This document shows, one piece after another, positions 11,500 through 23,739 of a DNA stretch of 64,000 bases. Every line of letters starts with the position of its first letter. Positions within the stretch are counted from its first letter, which is position 1. Both the position numbers and the translations under genes were made by a program. The DNA lies in the NCBI GenBank assembly GCA_964016885.1, contig OZ024764.1:19344001-19408000 (forward strand), in the 5' to 3' direction. The DNA comes from Eledone cirrhosa (Eukaryota). Under the pieces are notes generated by a model, which was not told the origin of the DNA, ran no database searches, and was given only the letters and a program-made list of their open reading frames with translations.

Positions 11500-14120
11500 T
11501 TAAGGAAATTAGGTGTAGAAGAATGGCTTGTGAGAAGCTGTCAGTAAAGTGTCTAGTGAGGAATTGAAGGTACAGGTAGGAGTTCATCATGGTTTAGTTC
11601 TCAGCCCACTGTTGTTCATCATAGTTCTCCAAGCCATAACAGAGAGGTTTAAGACTGGCTGTCTATGGAAACTTCTCTATGTAGATGACCAACTATAGAT
11701 ATAGAATTTGAAATGGTAAGTTCTGAGAATATACTTAGCCAAAACTAAAGTGCTAATGGATAGGAGAGAAGACCTTCAGGAAAGTGGCCCTGCTCCATAT
11801 GTAGAAAAGGAATAAGTAGAGATAACCACAATGACAGAGACCTAGTTATAATAGCAGGGGACTTCAATGGTCATGTTGGACAGCTCCAGGATGGATACAC
11901 TGGGGTACATGGTGGTTATGGTTATGGCTCAAGAAACGATGAAGGAGTGAGGCTTCTTGTATTTTGTGATGCAAGTGAACTAACCATTTGCAACACTTCA
12001 AGAAACCTACCAACCACCTAATAACCTACCAATCAGGTGAGCACATGAGACAGATTGACTTCTTGCTAGTTAGGCAGTAAGAGAGACAGATGGTGTCAAA
12101 TACTAAGGCATACCCCAGGGAACAATGTAACCCCCCAACATAGGTTAGTCGTTAGTGACATCTCAGTAAGCAAGAGACAAAATGAGACATACAAGAAGGT
12201 GTGAAAAAGGAAGGTCTGGAAACTAAAAGACCTTTCACTAAAATATAAACTTAGGCAAGCCCTTCAAAATGTGTATGAGGAAAAAGAAGACGTTTTAGCG
12301 TCGTATGACGTAGATGATAACTGGAATTTCTTACGTGACAACTTACTGCAGGTTACTCATAAAACTTGTGGCTGGAGCAGAGCTCCAACCAGACAGAGAG
12401 TGACCTGGTGGTGGAACAGCACGGTAGATAGAGCCATTAGAGCCAAAAGACTAGCATGGAATGTTTGGAAAAATTGTAGGGGTAGAGACCGATACACAGC
12501 CGCTAAGAGAGAAGCTAGATGTCACGTCTACTTAGCACGCAGGGAGGCTGAGAGTAGGAGGTTTGCCAATGTTCTGCGACGGGAAGATCAGAGGCGTGCA
12601 GTGTTCCACATTGCAAGGCAGTGTGTCAGTGCAAATCAGGATGTTGTTGGAGATAAATGTGTCCGGGATGATGCCGGTGTACTTAGTGTCACGAATGATC
12701 AGAAAAAGAAGGCCTGGAAATGTCATTATGAGAGACTGATGAATGTGGAGAATGAATAGGAGAGAAACTACCTTCAGTAGACCCGACAGAAGGACCAGCT
12801 ATTGAGATTGACGACTATAGGGTCCAAGAGGTAATTAAGGAAAGGAAAAATGGAGGTCTGCTGGACTGTTGGGGATAGTTGCTGAGATGCAAAAGGCATC
12901 AGGAGAAGTAGGAATTAAACTGGTTGCATGCATCATTAATCAGGCTATATATGGTGGTGTCATACCCAAAGATTGGTGCAGCAGTATTCTCATAAATTGA
13001 GGTAAAGGTAAAGGGGATGTTCTTGAGAGGAGTAATTATAGGGGCATAAAACTGATGGATCAGGTTATGAAAGTGACAGAAAGAATACTAGCGCAACTTA
13101 GAGAAAGGGTCAAACAGATGCCCTCTTCTTAGTGAGACAACTACAAGAGAGGTTCTTAGTGAAGAATAAACTACTATACTTAGTTTTTGTTGACCTAGAA
13201 AAGGCCTTTGATAGAGTACCCCAATCTGTCATCTGGTGGTCCCTAAGGAAACTAGGTGTAGAGGAATAGTTTGTGAGGACAATGCAAGCTATGTACAGAG
13301 GTGGTGTCAGTAAAGTGAGGGTAGGAATAGAGTTTAATAAGGAATTCCAGATACAAGTAGGAGTACATCAGGGTCGGTCCTCAGCCAGCTATTGTTCATT
13401 ATAGGCCTCCAAGCCATAAAAGAGGAGTTTAAGACTGGCTGCCCATGGGAACTTCTCTAGGCTGACGATGTGGTTCTTATAGCAGAATCAGTAGAGGAGC
13501 TAGAGCATAAATTCTGGCTATGGAAACAGCAGTTGGAAGCAAGAGGACTGAGAGTGAACCTAGCTAAGACTAAAGTGTTGAGTAGAAAAGAGGACAAAAC
13601 TCTCATTCCATCAGGGAAATGGCCTTTTTCAATATGTAGAAAAGGAACTGGCATAAATTCTATAATGTACACAATGCAGATTTTGGGTACACAAGAGATG
13701 TAGTGGGATAGCAGGCAAACTAACAGGTAGGGAAAACTACATATGCAGTAGATGTACAGAGAAATTTGACAGTAGAAGTCGCATTGATAGACACATTTTT
13801 CAAATGCAGGAAGGATCTACAGAGGTGGTTGATAGCTTCCGATACCTAGGTGATCAGAGGCCATAGTATCTAGAATAAGGACGGGTTGGAAGACGTTTAG
13901 GGAGCTGCTTGCTCTGTTGACAAAGAAGGGTTTCTCCCTAAGAACGAATGGCTTGTGATGCCTGCGTGAGATGTGTGATGCTGCACGGTAGTGAGACATG
14001 GACAGCAACTGCGGAGGATATGCAACGACTGGAGAGAAATGAAGCAAGTATGCTCCGTTGGATGTGCAATGTCAATGTGCATCAACGACCAAGCATAGAT
14101 GAGTTGAGAGAGAATGCTCA
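11500..14120 (+). mobile_element. Degenerate RTE LINE (short RT fragment followed by a long APE-RT relic)
   Basis: IIAGDFNGHVG, VTWWWNS, FVDLEKAFDRVP, GCPWELL*ADD, MLHGSETW; many stops and frameshifts. Confidence 0.9.
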
Positions 14121-14124
14121 ACAT

Positions 14125-14520
14125 GGCCATACCAGTGCATGTGTCTCCTGTGAAACACATCCTTGAGGTTGTCGATCAGCAGTTTTTTTAAGAGCTCAGT
14201 TGAGCTGACATCATCCTCAATGGTCACACTACACATCCAGTGAATCATAGCTCTGTCATTTCTTCAGAGTCAATTCAGACAGTCAGATAACATGGCCCAG
14301 GTCTCACTGGCATGAAACAACACACTTCTCCCACAGGTGTTATAAATCTGCCCCATGGTGTCTAATGGTAGCCAGCATGTCTAGGAGAAGCTGCCTAAAC
14401 TTGTTACCTGTGGAGTGGCACAGCACAATGGCAGTGAACTTGGCTCCACTTCCAGCTGACATGTCACACAGGTAGCAGAAAGATGTCACCACATCCAGCT
14501 TGTCCTCACCAACAGGCCTC
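14125..14520 (-). mobile_element. RTE LINE C-terminal relic on the opposite strand
   Basis: Minus strand reads GQIYNTCGRSVLFHASETWAML...RNDRAMIHWMCSV. Confidence 0.7.
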
Positions 14521-14659
14521 TAGTTATAAAGGTTATCATTGACCAACACTGACACCCCTCAGGGTAGACTGAACCAACACTTACACCCCCCAGGGTGGAC
14601 TGAACCAACATTTACCACAGGTCTATAAATAACTGTATTACCCTATCATGATACTATAA

Positions 14660-15074
14660 CATTATAAACCTAAAACTCTGTGATTGTGTCTTGTCTGTAA
14701 TGTAATACAGCTAAAACGGGGCATAATGGGAAAATAGTTTGAAAGGAAGTTGACCCTGACATGGGAATACAAATGGGATAAAATAAGTTTCACGTAAATC
14801 AGAGCACAGGTCCCCAGGATATGGGTTTTTTCTGGTACCTTTATAAATAGAGAGAGAAAGATAATGGGTGTGTGTGAGAGAGATAGCTGGTGGTGCTGTT
14901 GAACAAAGTTATAAAATTAGAACAAGTGACTTGTGTGTGTCTGTGACAGACATTCATATATATATATATATACTACTAATTTCATTTTACATTATATACA
15001 TGTCTGTGTATATTTTAATTATTTAAAAATTATTTTTAAAGGGAACGTGATCCAACAGGTCACAGGTGTTCTAG
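14660..15074 (+). mobile_element. Non-autonomous Helitron (same family as 7171-7518, opposite orientation)
   Basis: Reverse-complement homology to 7171-7518; hairpin gtgatc-caaca-ggtcac followed by CTAG|T. The 5' end is eroded. Confidence 0.75.
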
Positions 15075-15162
15075 TAAGATTATAAATATAAACACACAAA
15101 AGATAGAATCTACTCAAACCTTAATATCTCAGACCCCAGTAGATTACTGGAACTTTAATTTA

Positions 15163-15277
15163 TCCACTCCGTTAGAATGAAAGACAAAGTTAACTTTGGT
15201 GGGATTTGAACTCATAACATAAAGGGTTGAAATCCCGCCGAGGTTAGCTTTGCCCTTCATCTTTACGGGGTTGATTT
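15163..15277. repeat. Imperfect inverted repeat of two SINE-like arms (copies near 21365, 30995 and 63798)
   Basis: gaatgaaagacaaagttaactttggtgggatttgaac pairs with gttgaaatcccgccgaggttagctttgcccttcatc across a ~15-nt spacer. Confidence 0.65.
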
Positions 15278-15550
15278 AAGATCTTATAATAGTTTCTGAT
15301 TAAGACACAAGGTCGACAATGTTTGGGGGGAATAAGTTGATTAAATCAAACACAGTTACTGTGAGATCACTTCTTTGATAGTTTGTTTAAAAATAACTGA
15401 TTCACAATTTACGTATGAAAAGTTGACAAAGATTTACAGGTGGTGTTATCAATAAATAGGGTCTTCAAAGTAGCAGGAAACGACTAGATTTATAGATAAA
15501 GAAGTGGGAGACAGGATTATCAGAGTTAAGAAGAGCTACACACTTCTCCA

Positions 15551-15754
15551 GTTGGCTGGGAAATAATTACTTTTCCTTAATTTTATTTCTCGACCTCTTA
15601 GATGTTTGGAATCGACTTTTCTTCCTGAAAACTGAAACCCTAACCCTAATACTGGGGAATAAAACGTCTATTGCAAGTATCGAAGGGGTCCAGAGAAAAT
15701 ATTGAAAAGGGGTCTAGAAAAAAATCTAAGAAAAATAATTATTTCCCACCCAAC
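15551..15754. mobile_element. Foldback MITE with (CCCTAA)2 in its loop
   Basis: Long imperfect TIRs gttggctgggaaataatta... / ...taattatttcccacccaac, an inner arm pair, and central aaccctaaccctaa. Confidence 0.7.
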
Positions 15755-15831
15755 GTGAGGTGTGAGTAGATCTGTGAAACTACATCTCTTCATATACTTT
15801 CACCCTACTTTTTCTACAAATCTAGTCGTTT

Positions 15832-16020
15832 CCGTAAGGGTACCCTGGTTATCTCAGCACCTTAGCCTCACCTTACTGAGGTGTCAGGTGATACCCGTGA
15901 GGGTTCCTGGTTATTTAAGCACCTTAGCCACACCTTACCGAGGTGTCAGGTGATACCCGTGAGGGTACCTGGTTATTTCAACACCTTAGTAATGCTGCCA
16001 GTGTGTTGGCTTGCCTCAAA
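15832..16020 (+). repeat. 62-bp minisatellite (~2.5 units) derived from the CRE endonuclease C-terminus
   Basis: Unit ccgtgagggtacctggttatttcagcaccttagcctcaccttactgaggtgtcaggtgatac reads LTEVSGDTREGTWLFQHLSL and ends in NAASVLACLK. Confidence 0.85.
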
Positions 16021-16521
16021 GTGTGTAGTTAACCCCTAAGGTGTGAGGTGTGGCCTATTATCACACTTGGTGGTCAATTGCCATCTCCCACTGTGTTTTT
16101 CTTTCCTTTATCATTATTGTTCAATAAATTATATTATTATACACAGTTTAGACAATATATTTTTAATGTCTTTCTCAAGGAATTGCCAGCAATTTATAAT
16201 GTTATTTACACACTTATGTTATTTATGTATATATTGAAAACATATTTACAACGTTATTCTACTGTAAATTTATACAATTGTAATAAAATATATTAATTAT
16301 ATCATCACATAATATAAAAACGACCTTTAGAATATTTAAATATTTAGTTTTGTTAATTTATTTTTCAGCAACAACAAAAGTTTTCACTTTAATTAATTAG
16401 AGGTAGGTAAAATATAGATAATTACGATAACATTTTATATTTCCAGTAATGAAACAAACAAGAAAATATATATTTGTGATGTGAAAAGTGAGCTTAAATC
16501 TAGAATATTAATAGACATAAT

Positions 16522-16665
16522 ACTTACATTATAGTCTCAGGTGTTTAGTATTTACAGAAATGTTTTCTAAATGATATTGTAGGAAGACTAACACGTGGAC
16601 AGGAAGTCGACAACTGCACCACTGCGCATGATTCAATGTCAAAGGTCAAGTTTTTGTGTGACGTA
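16522..16665 (-). promoter_or_regulatory. Putative promoter plus non-coding exon 1 (copy 2) of the 9189-10850 zinc-finger gene
   Basis: CACGTG 16592-16597, CAGGAAGT 16600-16607, TGCGCATG 16623-16630, TGACGT 16659-16664; donor GTAAGT at 16527-16522. Confidence 0.6.
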
Positions 16666-16708
16666 AATATTTTTACCGAATTAAATTATGTGAAGTTTGT
16701 AATAAAAA

Positions 16709-16956
16709 CGTGGGTATGGTGTGGCGTGCGGTGGCCGGAAGCGGGGGATTGCCCGACCGGAAGGGTGCTTGGCCGGAAGGATGTTCGACCGGAAGGGCCA
16801 GCAGATGGCCCTTTCTAGTGGTGACCAGCAACGGTGTAGACGCGAGTTTTGGCATCTCCCGGTGTTAAGGAGTTGGACGCACGTGGGAGAGGAGAGACCA
16901 GCAGTGGAAGTTAGCGGCGCCTATGAAAAGCGGTGAGATAGCTTTTTCTAACCACA
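16709..16956 (+). repeat. Gypsy 5' LTR
   Basis: (c)gtggg...ccaca; direct repeat of 20569-20818. Confidence 0.9.
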
Positions 16957-17076
16957 AGCTATTTCGGCACTGGAAACTGAGATCTGATTGAAAAAAAATA
17001 AATAAATAAAGCTACTGGAAAAACAGAGAGGAGTCTGTTGTTTTTTTTTATCACGTACCGCAAGACAAATTAGAAG

Positions 17077-20000
17077 ATGGCGTCAAGACTACGAACAAGC
17101 GAAGCTATCAGGGCATTTACCGGGGTAGGTGTTGTCGCTTGGCTGCGAAAAGTCCGGCTGGTCGCAAGCTTGCAGAAGATAGAAGATGTGGCTGGCCTCA
17201 TGGCACTGTACCTCGAGGGGGACGCGTTGGTACTCTTCCTTGAGTTGGACGAACACAGCGAAAGAGATGCGCAAAAGATTGAGAGGCGCATGATGGAAGC
17301 GTTCGCAGAGGCACCGTTAGCCGCTTTCGCTAAGCTGGCAAGAATTAGATGGAACGGTGAACACGTTGATATTTTCGCAGCGGAAATACGGTGATTGGCC
17401 ATGTTGGCTGGATATCAGGTGGAATGCGAATGCACGGTGCGGTTGGCGTTCTTAAATGGATTTCCAGACGACATAGCGGTGAAACTGCAGCAAGTCCCGG
17501 GTTACAAAGAAATGGAAATGCATTCACTGGTGGAACAAGCCCGGATTATAGCAGAAGATGCCAAGAAGAGTGTTGCAGCGATAGCAACTACAGAGGCTCA
17601 AGACAGCTGGCAGCTAAATGGTGAAAGGGAGGCAACCGCGGCACGCGGCCGCCCGCGAACGTTTAGAGGTCGCTGTTTTTGGTGCCAGGGACCGCACATG
17701 GCTAGAGACTGCAGAGAGTCAAGGCTGGAAATAATATGCTACCGGTATTAACTGCGACCAGGGAAACAATCCAAGGGGAACTACTGCGCCGGTAGTTTCC
17801 CCTTACGAGTAGAGGCGCTGCCCGTGGTGGAAGTCTTCGTGAGGGGAAAGCCACAGCGAGCACTCGTGGACACGGGCTGTTTGACGACACTGATGGCGCA
17901 GGGGTGGAGAGGGAAGAGCAGTGTAAGGGCAGTCGACGGCAGGAAAATTGAATGCCGAGGTCACAGCGAGATGGAAATAGCGGTACGGGGAAGGAAAGTA
18001 AGGTGGATGGGATTGGCGTGGTTATGGGCATGGACGCAATTGGCCGTCTAGGAGGCGTCACAGTGAACAACGTCGGTGTGCCGTTTAGCGCCGCTACATC
18101 GGTATGCGCTGTGAGTGCGCGACAGGAGAACCAGAAGGCCCACGAGGAGAAATACCCCGCTTACACTGTGCAGGACAAAGACTTCAAGGCCGTGTTCGAT
18201 GGGCAGCGATGGGTTGTTGAGTGGTACTGGAAGGGAGAACCACCAACACTGAAGACCAAAGTGGGCTGCTATCAACACACATTGAAAGGAAACTATTAGG
18301 AGCGAGTTCGAGCGAGAGGTAGAGAGATGGATTGAGGAGGGCATACTGCTTCCCTGGAAAGAGGAGGTGAAGTGCAGAGTATTGCCGTTAATGGCGGTGG
18401 CGCAACCCACGAAGAACAAGGTGAGGCCGGTGCTGGACTTTCGGGAGCTGAACGAGCACCTGTCATGCCACACGGGTGGCGAGGTCACGGATGTCTGTGG
18501 GGAAACCCTGCGTGAGTGGAGACGCATGACAGGGGGTTCAGCAATCGTAGATCTAAAGTCGGCTTACTTGCAATTGCATATAGATGAGAAGCTCTGGCAG
18601 TATCAGCTGGTCAGGTATAAGGGCCGGACATATTGCCTGACCAAGCTCGGATTCGGGCTGAGCTCCGCACCGAAGATCATGGCGGCGGTCCTCAAGACCA
18701 TTCTGGGAAAGGCCGACAAGATGAAGTGGGCCACTAACTCCTATATTGACGACATCCTAGTGGACGAGTCTGTGGTGGCGGCGGCGGAGGTCACGAGCCA
18801 TTTACAGGGGTATGGACTGGCTGCGAAGCCGTCAGAAGCGTTGGAGGGAGGAGCCGCGCTGGGACTTAGGCTACGGCGAGACAGGACGGGCGTCTTGGTA
18901 TTCCAGAGGGGAAATGAAGTTCCAGAACTGGACCCAAGTATGAGTAGGCGGGAGCTTTTCTCGGTGTGTGGAAAGTTGGTGGGTCACTACCCGATTGCTG
19001 GGTGGCTCCGGACGGCATGCAGCTATGTCAAGAGACGAGCGGGAGGGGTGACTTGGAGTGACAGAGCGGGAGAGAGGATGGTGGCCATGATGCAGGAGAT
19101 CGTGGGGAGGGTGAAGGCCGACGACCCAGTGCGGCGACGCTGGTATGTTCCCAAATCACAGAGCGGGACCGTATGGTGCGATGCCAGCAGCATAGCGCTG
19201 GGTGTCACGTTGGAGATAGGAGGTGTTGAGGTCGAGAATGCATCAATGTGGCCGAACTGGACGCAGTGTTGAGAGGGGTGAACCTCGCCCTGAGGTGGGG
19301 ACTGCGCACCATCGAGAAATGCACCGACTCGGCTACTGTACTCGGATGGGTGAGATCAGTGCTCACCAGTGAGAAGAGAGGCGCAGCGGAGATGCTGATA
19401 AAGCGCCGCCTGGGAACTTTAGGAGAGCTGGCCACCGAGTTCGTTCTGAGGCTGAGCGTAGTTTTCGTGCCCTCAGAGAAAAATAGGGCGGACATCTTAA
19501 CTAGGGTGAAGAAAGCCTGGATGGAAGCGCCGGAGGAGGTAGAAGATGAGATAGCTGCCGTGTGTCGGCTGACCGAGTCGGATCTGAAAGGGTTGCATGA
19601 CATGCACCACATGGGAGTGGATAGGAGCCTGTTCCTAGCCAGGAGAATCGACTCGGACGTTAACAGTCTCAGTGTTCAAAGGGTGGTTAGAGGCTGCGTC
19701 CGATGCCAGTCCATTGATTCCGCCCCGGGTGTACACGAAACGGGAAGCCTCCCAGTGGATCGCGACTGGAAGCGATTGGCGGTGGATGTAACGCACTACC
19801 GACAGGGAACATACCTCTCGCTGGTCGACTGTGGACCAGGACGGAAGGCGATATGGAGGGAGATGAAGACTGGAACGGCCGAGGAAATCATGCGGGCGTT
19901 GAGAGGTGTTCTTGGAGCGGGGCCCTGTGGACGAACTGCTGATGGACAACGGCGCAGCGTTCCACTCGGAGGCACTGAGGGAGATGCTCGACGGATGGAA

Positions 20001-20547
20001 GGTGGACGTTTCTTCAGAGCGGCGCACAGGCCGAGCGGGAATGGAATCGTGGAGCGACACCACCGGACGATCAAGGCAATAGCGGAGCGGGGCCATATCT
20101 CACCAATGGAGGCAGTGTTCTGGTACAATGTCCCCTCGGGTTGGACAGGTCGAGGAATCGGTGCCACATAGAGCAGTATTCAAATACGAGTGGCGGCACC
20201 CGTGCACGCCACCACAACGGCCAGTGGGGAGAGAGAGTGCATTCGTGCAGGTAGGCGAAGAAGTCTGGGTTAAGCCCCCAGATGCACGTTGCACATCTCA
20301 ATGGGGAAGGGGAACAGTGACGGCCGTAAATTCAAAGAAAAATGTGTCCGTGGACGGGGTGCCACGTCATGTCCTGGACGTAAGAAGAATCACTGTGTCG
20401 ACGGACTCCGAGGAAGAGGAAACCCAAGATGAGGTGGGAACCCAGAGCTCTGCCCCAATACTACGAAGATCTCAACGAAGTCGTAGACCACCGACCTGGA
20501 CAGCAGACTTTCATATGCAGAGGGACGAGGGGGAAATTGATCCTTGA
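17077..20547 (+). pseudogene. Gypsy gag-pol polyprotein broken by stops and frameshifts
   Basis: Consecutive ORF fragments 17077-17394, 17395-17751, 17824-18051, 17952-18299, 18367-19272, 19248-20171 and 20128-20547. Confidence 0.88.
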
Positions 20548-20568
20548 GATCAGGGGGGGGGGGGGGCG

Positions 20569-20818
20569 TGTGGGTATGGTGTGGCGTGCGGTGGCCTGAG
20601 GCGGGGGAATGCTCGACCGGAAGGTGTTTGGCTGGAAGGATGCTCGACCGGAAGGGCCAGCAGAGGGCCTCTCTCTAGTGGTGACCAGCAAACGGTGTGG
20701 ACGCGAGTTTTGGGCAGCTCCCGGTGTTAAGCAGATGGACGCACGTGGAAGAGAAGTAACCTGCAGTGGAATTTAGCGGCGCCTGTGAAAAGCGGTGAGA
20801 TAGCTTTTTCTAACCACA
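20569..20818 (+). repeat. Gypsy 3' LTR
   Basis: TGTGG...CCACA termini, preceded by a polypurine tract. Confidence 0.9.
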
Positions 20819-21275
20819 CATTCTAAACCTAAAACTCTGTGATTGTGTCTTGTCTGTAATGTAATACAGCCAAAACGGGGCATAACGGGAAAATAGTTTG
20901 AAAGGAAGTTGACCCTGAAATGGGAACACAAACGGGATAAAATAAGTTTCACGTAGATCAGAGCACAGGTTCCCGAGATATGGGTTTTTCTGGTACCTTC
21001 ATAAATAGAGAGAGAAAGATAATGGGTGTGTGAGTGAGAGAGCTGTTGGTGTTGTTGAACGAAATTTTTAAATTATAACAAGCGACTTGTGTGTGTGTCT
21101 GTGACATATATATATACACACACACACATATATATATACACACACGCATATATATATATATACATGGGCCTACCTACTAAATTCATTTTACATTATAGAC
21201 ATGTCTGTGTATATTTTAATTATTTAAAAATTATTTTTAAAGGGAACGTCACCCAACAGGTCACAGGGTTTCTAG
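20819..21275 (+). mobile_element. Non-autonomous Helitron (paralog of 14660-15074)
   Basis: Same body, subterminal hairpin, and CTAG|T at 21272-21276. Confidence 0.75.
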
Positions 21276-21753
21276 TAAGATTATAAATACAAACACACAA
21301 AAAGATAGAATCAACTCAAACGTTTAATATCTCAGACCTCAGTAGATTACTGGAACTTTAATTTATCCACCCCGTTAGAATGAAAGACAAAGTTAACTTT
21401 GGTGGGATTTGAACTCATAACATAAAGGGTTGAAATCCCGCCGAGGTTAGCTTTGCCCTTCATCTTTACGGGGTTGATTTAAGATCTAATAATAGTTTCT
21501 GATTTAGACACAAGGTCGACAATGTTTGGGGGGAATAAGTTGATTAAATCAAACACAGTTACTGTGAGATCACTTCTTTGATAGTTTGTTTAAAAATAAC
21601 TGATTCACAATTTACGTATGAAAAGTACACAAAGATTTACAAGTGGTGTTATCAATAAATAGGGTCTTCAAAGTAGCAGGAAACGACTAGATTTGTAGTT
21701 AAAGAAGTGGGAGACAGGATTATCAGAGTTTAGAAGAGCTACACACTTCTCCA

Positions 21754-21956
21754 GTTGGCTGGGAAATAATTATCTTTCCTTATTATTTTTCTCGACCTCT
21801 TAGATGTTTGGAACCGACTTTTCTTCCTGAAAACGGAAACCCTTACCCTAATACTGGGGAATAAAACGTCTATTGCAAGTATCTAAGGGGTCCAGGGAAA
21901 ATATTGAAAAGGGGTCTAGAAAAAAATCTAAGAAAAATAATTATTTCCCACCCAAC
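21754..21956. mobile_element. Foldback MITE copy
   Basis: Paralog of 15551-15754. Confidence 0.7.
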
Positions 21957-22030
21957 GTAAGGTGTGAGTAGATCTGTGAAACATCTCTTTGTATACTTTC
22001 ACCCTACTTTTTCTACAAATCTAGTCGTTT

Positions 22031-22417
22031 CCGTGAGGGTACCTGGTTATTTAAGCACCTTAGCTTCACCTTACTGAGGTGTTAGGTGATACCCGTGAGG
22101 GTACCTGGTTATTTAAGCACCTTAGCCTCATGATACTGAGGTGTCAGGTGATACCCGTGAGGGTACCTGGTTATTGCAGATCCCTAGCCTCACCTTACCG
22201 AGGTGTTAGGTGATACCCGTGAGGGTACCTGGTTATTTAAGCACCTTAGCCTCATGATACTGAGGTGTCAGGTGATACCCGTGAGGGTACCTGGTTATTT
22301 CAGCACCTTAGCCTCACCTTACTGAGGTGTCAGGTGATACCCGTGAGGGTACCTGGTTATTTCAGCACCTTAGCCTCACCATCTGGTATTGCTGCCAGTG
22401 TGTTGGCTTGCCTCAAA
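22031..22417 (+). repeat. 62-bp CRE-derived minisatellite (~5.7 units)
   Basis: ccgtgaggg recurs at 22031, 22093, 22155, 22217, 22279 and 22341. Confidence 0.9.
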
Positions 22418-22494
22418 GTGTGTAGTTAACCCCTAAGGTGTGAGGTAAAATATAGATAATTACCATAACATTTTATATATCCAATAATGAAACA

Positions 22495-23195
22495 CCATAT
22501 CAATTGCTCCAATGCAGTTTATCATCTCGCCAAACTTGTTGGCACCAACTCTCTGTCGCCAAAGACTGCAATATAAGATTGAAATAAAGCAGCTCTGGTA
22601 CCATGTTGGCTCTCGTCGATCTAGACAATGATGGACTCACCATTGTCATCGAAGCCTCCAAGTTGTTGGCGATTTTCCTCCAAATATTGCTCGCAAATGT
22701 CTCGAGTAAAATTGCACCAGTCAATAATTGTCGGTTGGGAGACTCCCGTTTCTCGAATCATCTCAGCTTGTGTATAATTGTAGCACCACGTGTATAAAAT
22801 AAAAATAAGGTGGTCGAGTGGCACATGGCTTCCATGAAAAAAACAATTATGTCGCACTGCTTGGGAGACATTGTCGGGGTTACATCGCCATCTCCATTTC
22901 TTGTGAGTCTCAGAATAATGGTTTAATGTGCAGGTTTCATTACAAACAGGACAATTGACACTGTCACTGCCGTCTTACCAGCCACTCTAACATAGATTGT
23001 CACCGTGTATGACAGGTATAAGAGTAACAAGTGTAATATTCTCATTAACGATGTCATTTACATCCAAAACATCAACTAACGTAGTGCCAGCCCGTAGTCG
23101 TCCAACCAGTTTTTGTATTCAGATAAACAATAGTTTTTAATGAATCGAAAATGAAAATAAATTTCATTTCTGACGTGAGACTTAAGGTTGAGCGA
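22495..23195 (-). mobile_element. Merlin/ISXO2-like transposase relic, internally deleted
   Basis: CPVC...WRWRC Zn ribbon, then HNCFFHGSHVPL...TIIDWCNFTRDICEQYL...LGG...IV*IDES. Absent from the paralogous modules (empty site aatgaaacaaacaagaaaa). Confidence 0.8.
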
Positions 23196-23256
23196 AGAAA
23201 ATATATATTTGTGATGTGAAAAGTGAGCTTAAATCTACAATATTAATAGACATAAT

Positions 23257-23390
23257 ACTTACATTATAGTTTCAGGTGTTTAGTATTTACAGAAATGTTT
23301 TCTAAATGTTGTTGTAGGAAGACTAACACGTGGACAGGAAGTCGACAACTGCACCACTGCGCATGCTTCAATGTTTTTTTGTGACGTAAA
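23257..23390 (-). promoter_or_regulatory. Putative promoter plus exon 1 (copy 3, orphan)
   Basis: CACGTG 23327-23332, TGCGCATGC 23358-23366, TGACGT 23382-23387; donor at 23262-23257. Confidence 0.6.
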
Positions 23391-23739
23391 AATATTTTTA
23401 CCGAATTAAATTACGTAAAGTTTGTAATAATAAAATGAAGTTGAAAACAGTAAATGTAATTAAAATAGAGAAAGTAAGGTGTTGGTGGTGAGGAATGGAC
23501 GGTAGACGTTTTACCTCAGTCTAGGTAGTGTATTTTACCTGTGTCACTCGGACAATAGCCAGCGATGACCACTACACCAACCACTCTCTCCTTCAGATGG
23601 TGTCCACTTTCGTGAGTCTGTAGAATAACAGGGCAGTTGGAAGACAGAGGACAGCAGAAGAGGTCTTGACTTGAAAAGAGTATCACTTGATACCTCTATA
23701 TAACCTGTTGGTAGAAATAGTAGGGTGCTGGATCAATCG

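Larger units (their letters stand above)
16709..20818 (+). mobile_element. Ty3/Gypsy LTR retrotransposon (4.1 kb), degenerate, no target-site duplication
   Basis: Two ~250-bp LTRs and a G-rich PPT at 20552-20566. Domain order is gag (CFWCQGPHMARDC), PR (ALVDTGC), RT (YIDDI), RNase H (CDAS, AELDAV), IN (HHMG..CVRC, AVD, GIVERHHRTIK). Confidence 0.93.

Noticed and set aside
15637-15650. Interstitial telomere or chromosome fusion scar
   Set aside because: Only two CCCTAA units, and they sit inside the loop of a repeated foldback element.
16709-20818. Bacterial contamination or a horizontally acquired island, suggested by high GC
   Set aside because: Fully explained by a Gypsy element joined to host modules. 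Horizontal transfer of the family cannot be judged without a database search.
22031-22417. CRISPR-like appearance of the regularly spaced 62-, 73- and 82-bp repeats
   Set aside because: Head-to-tail units without unique spacers, no cas genes, eukaryotic context, and the units are retroelement-derived.
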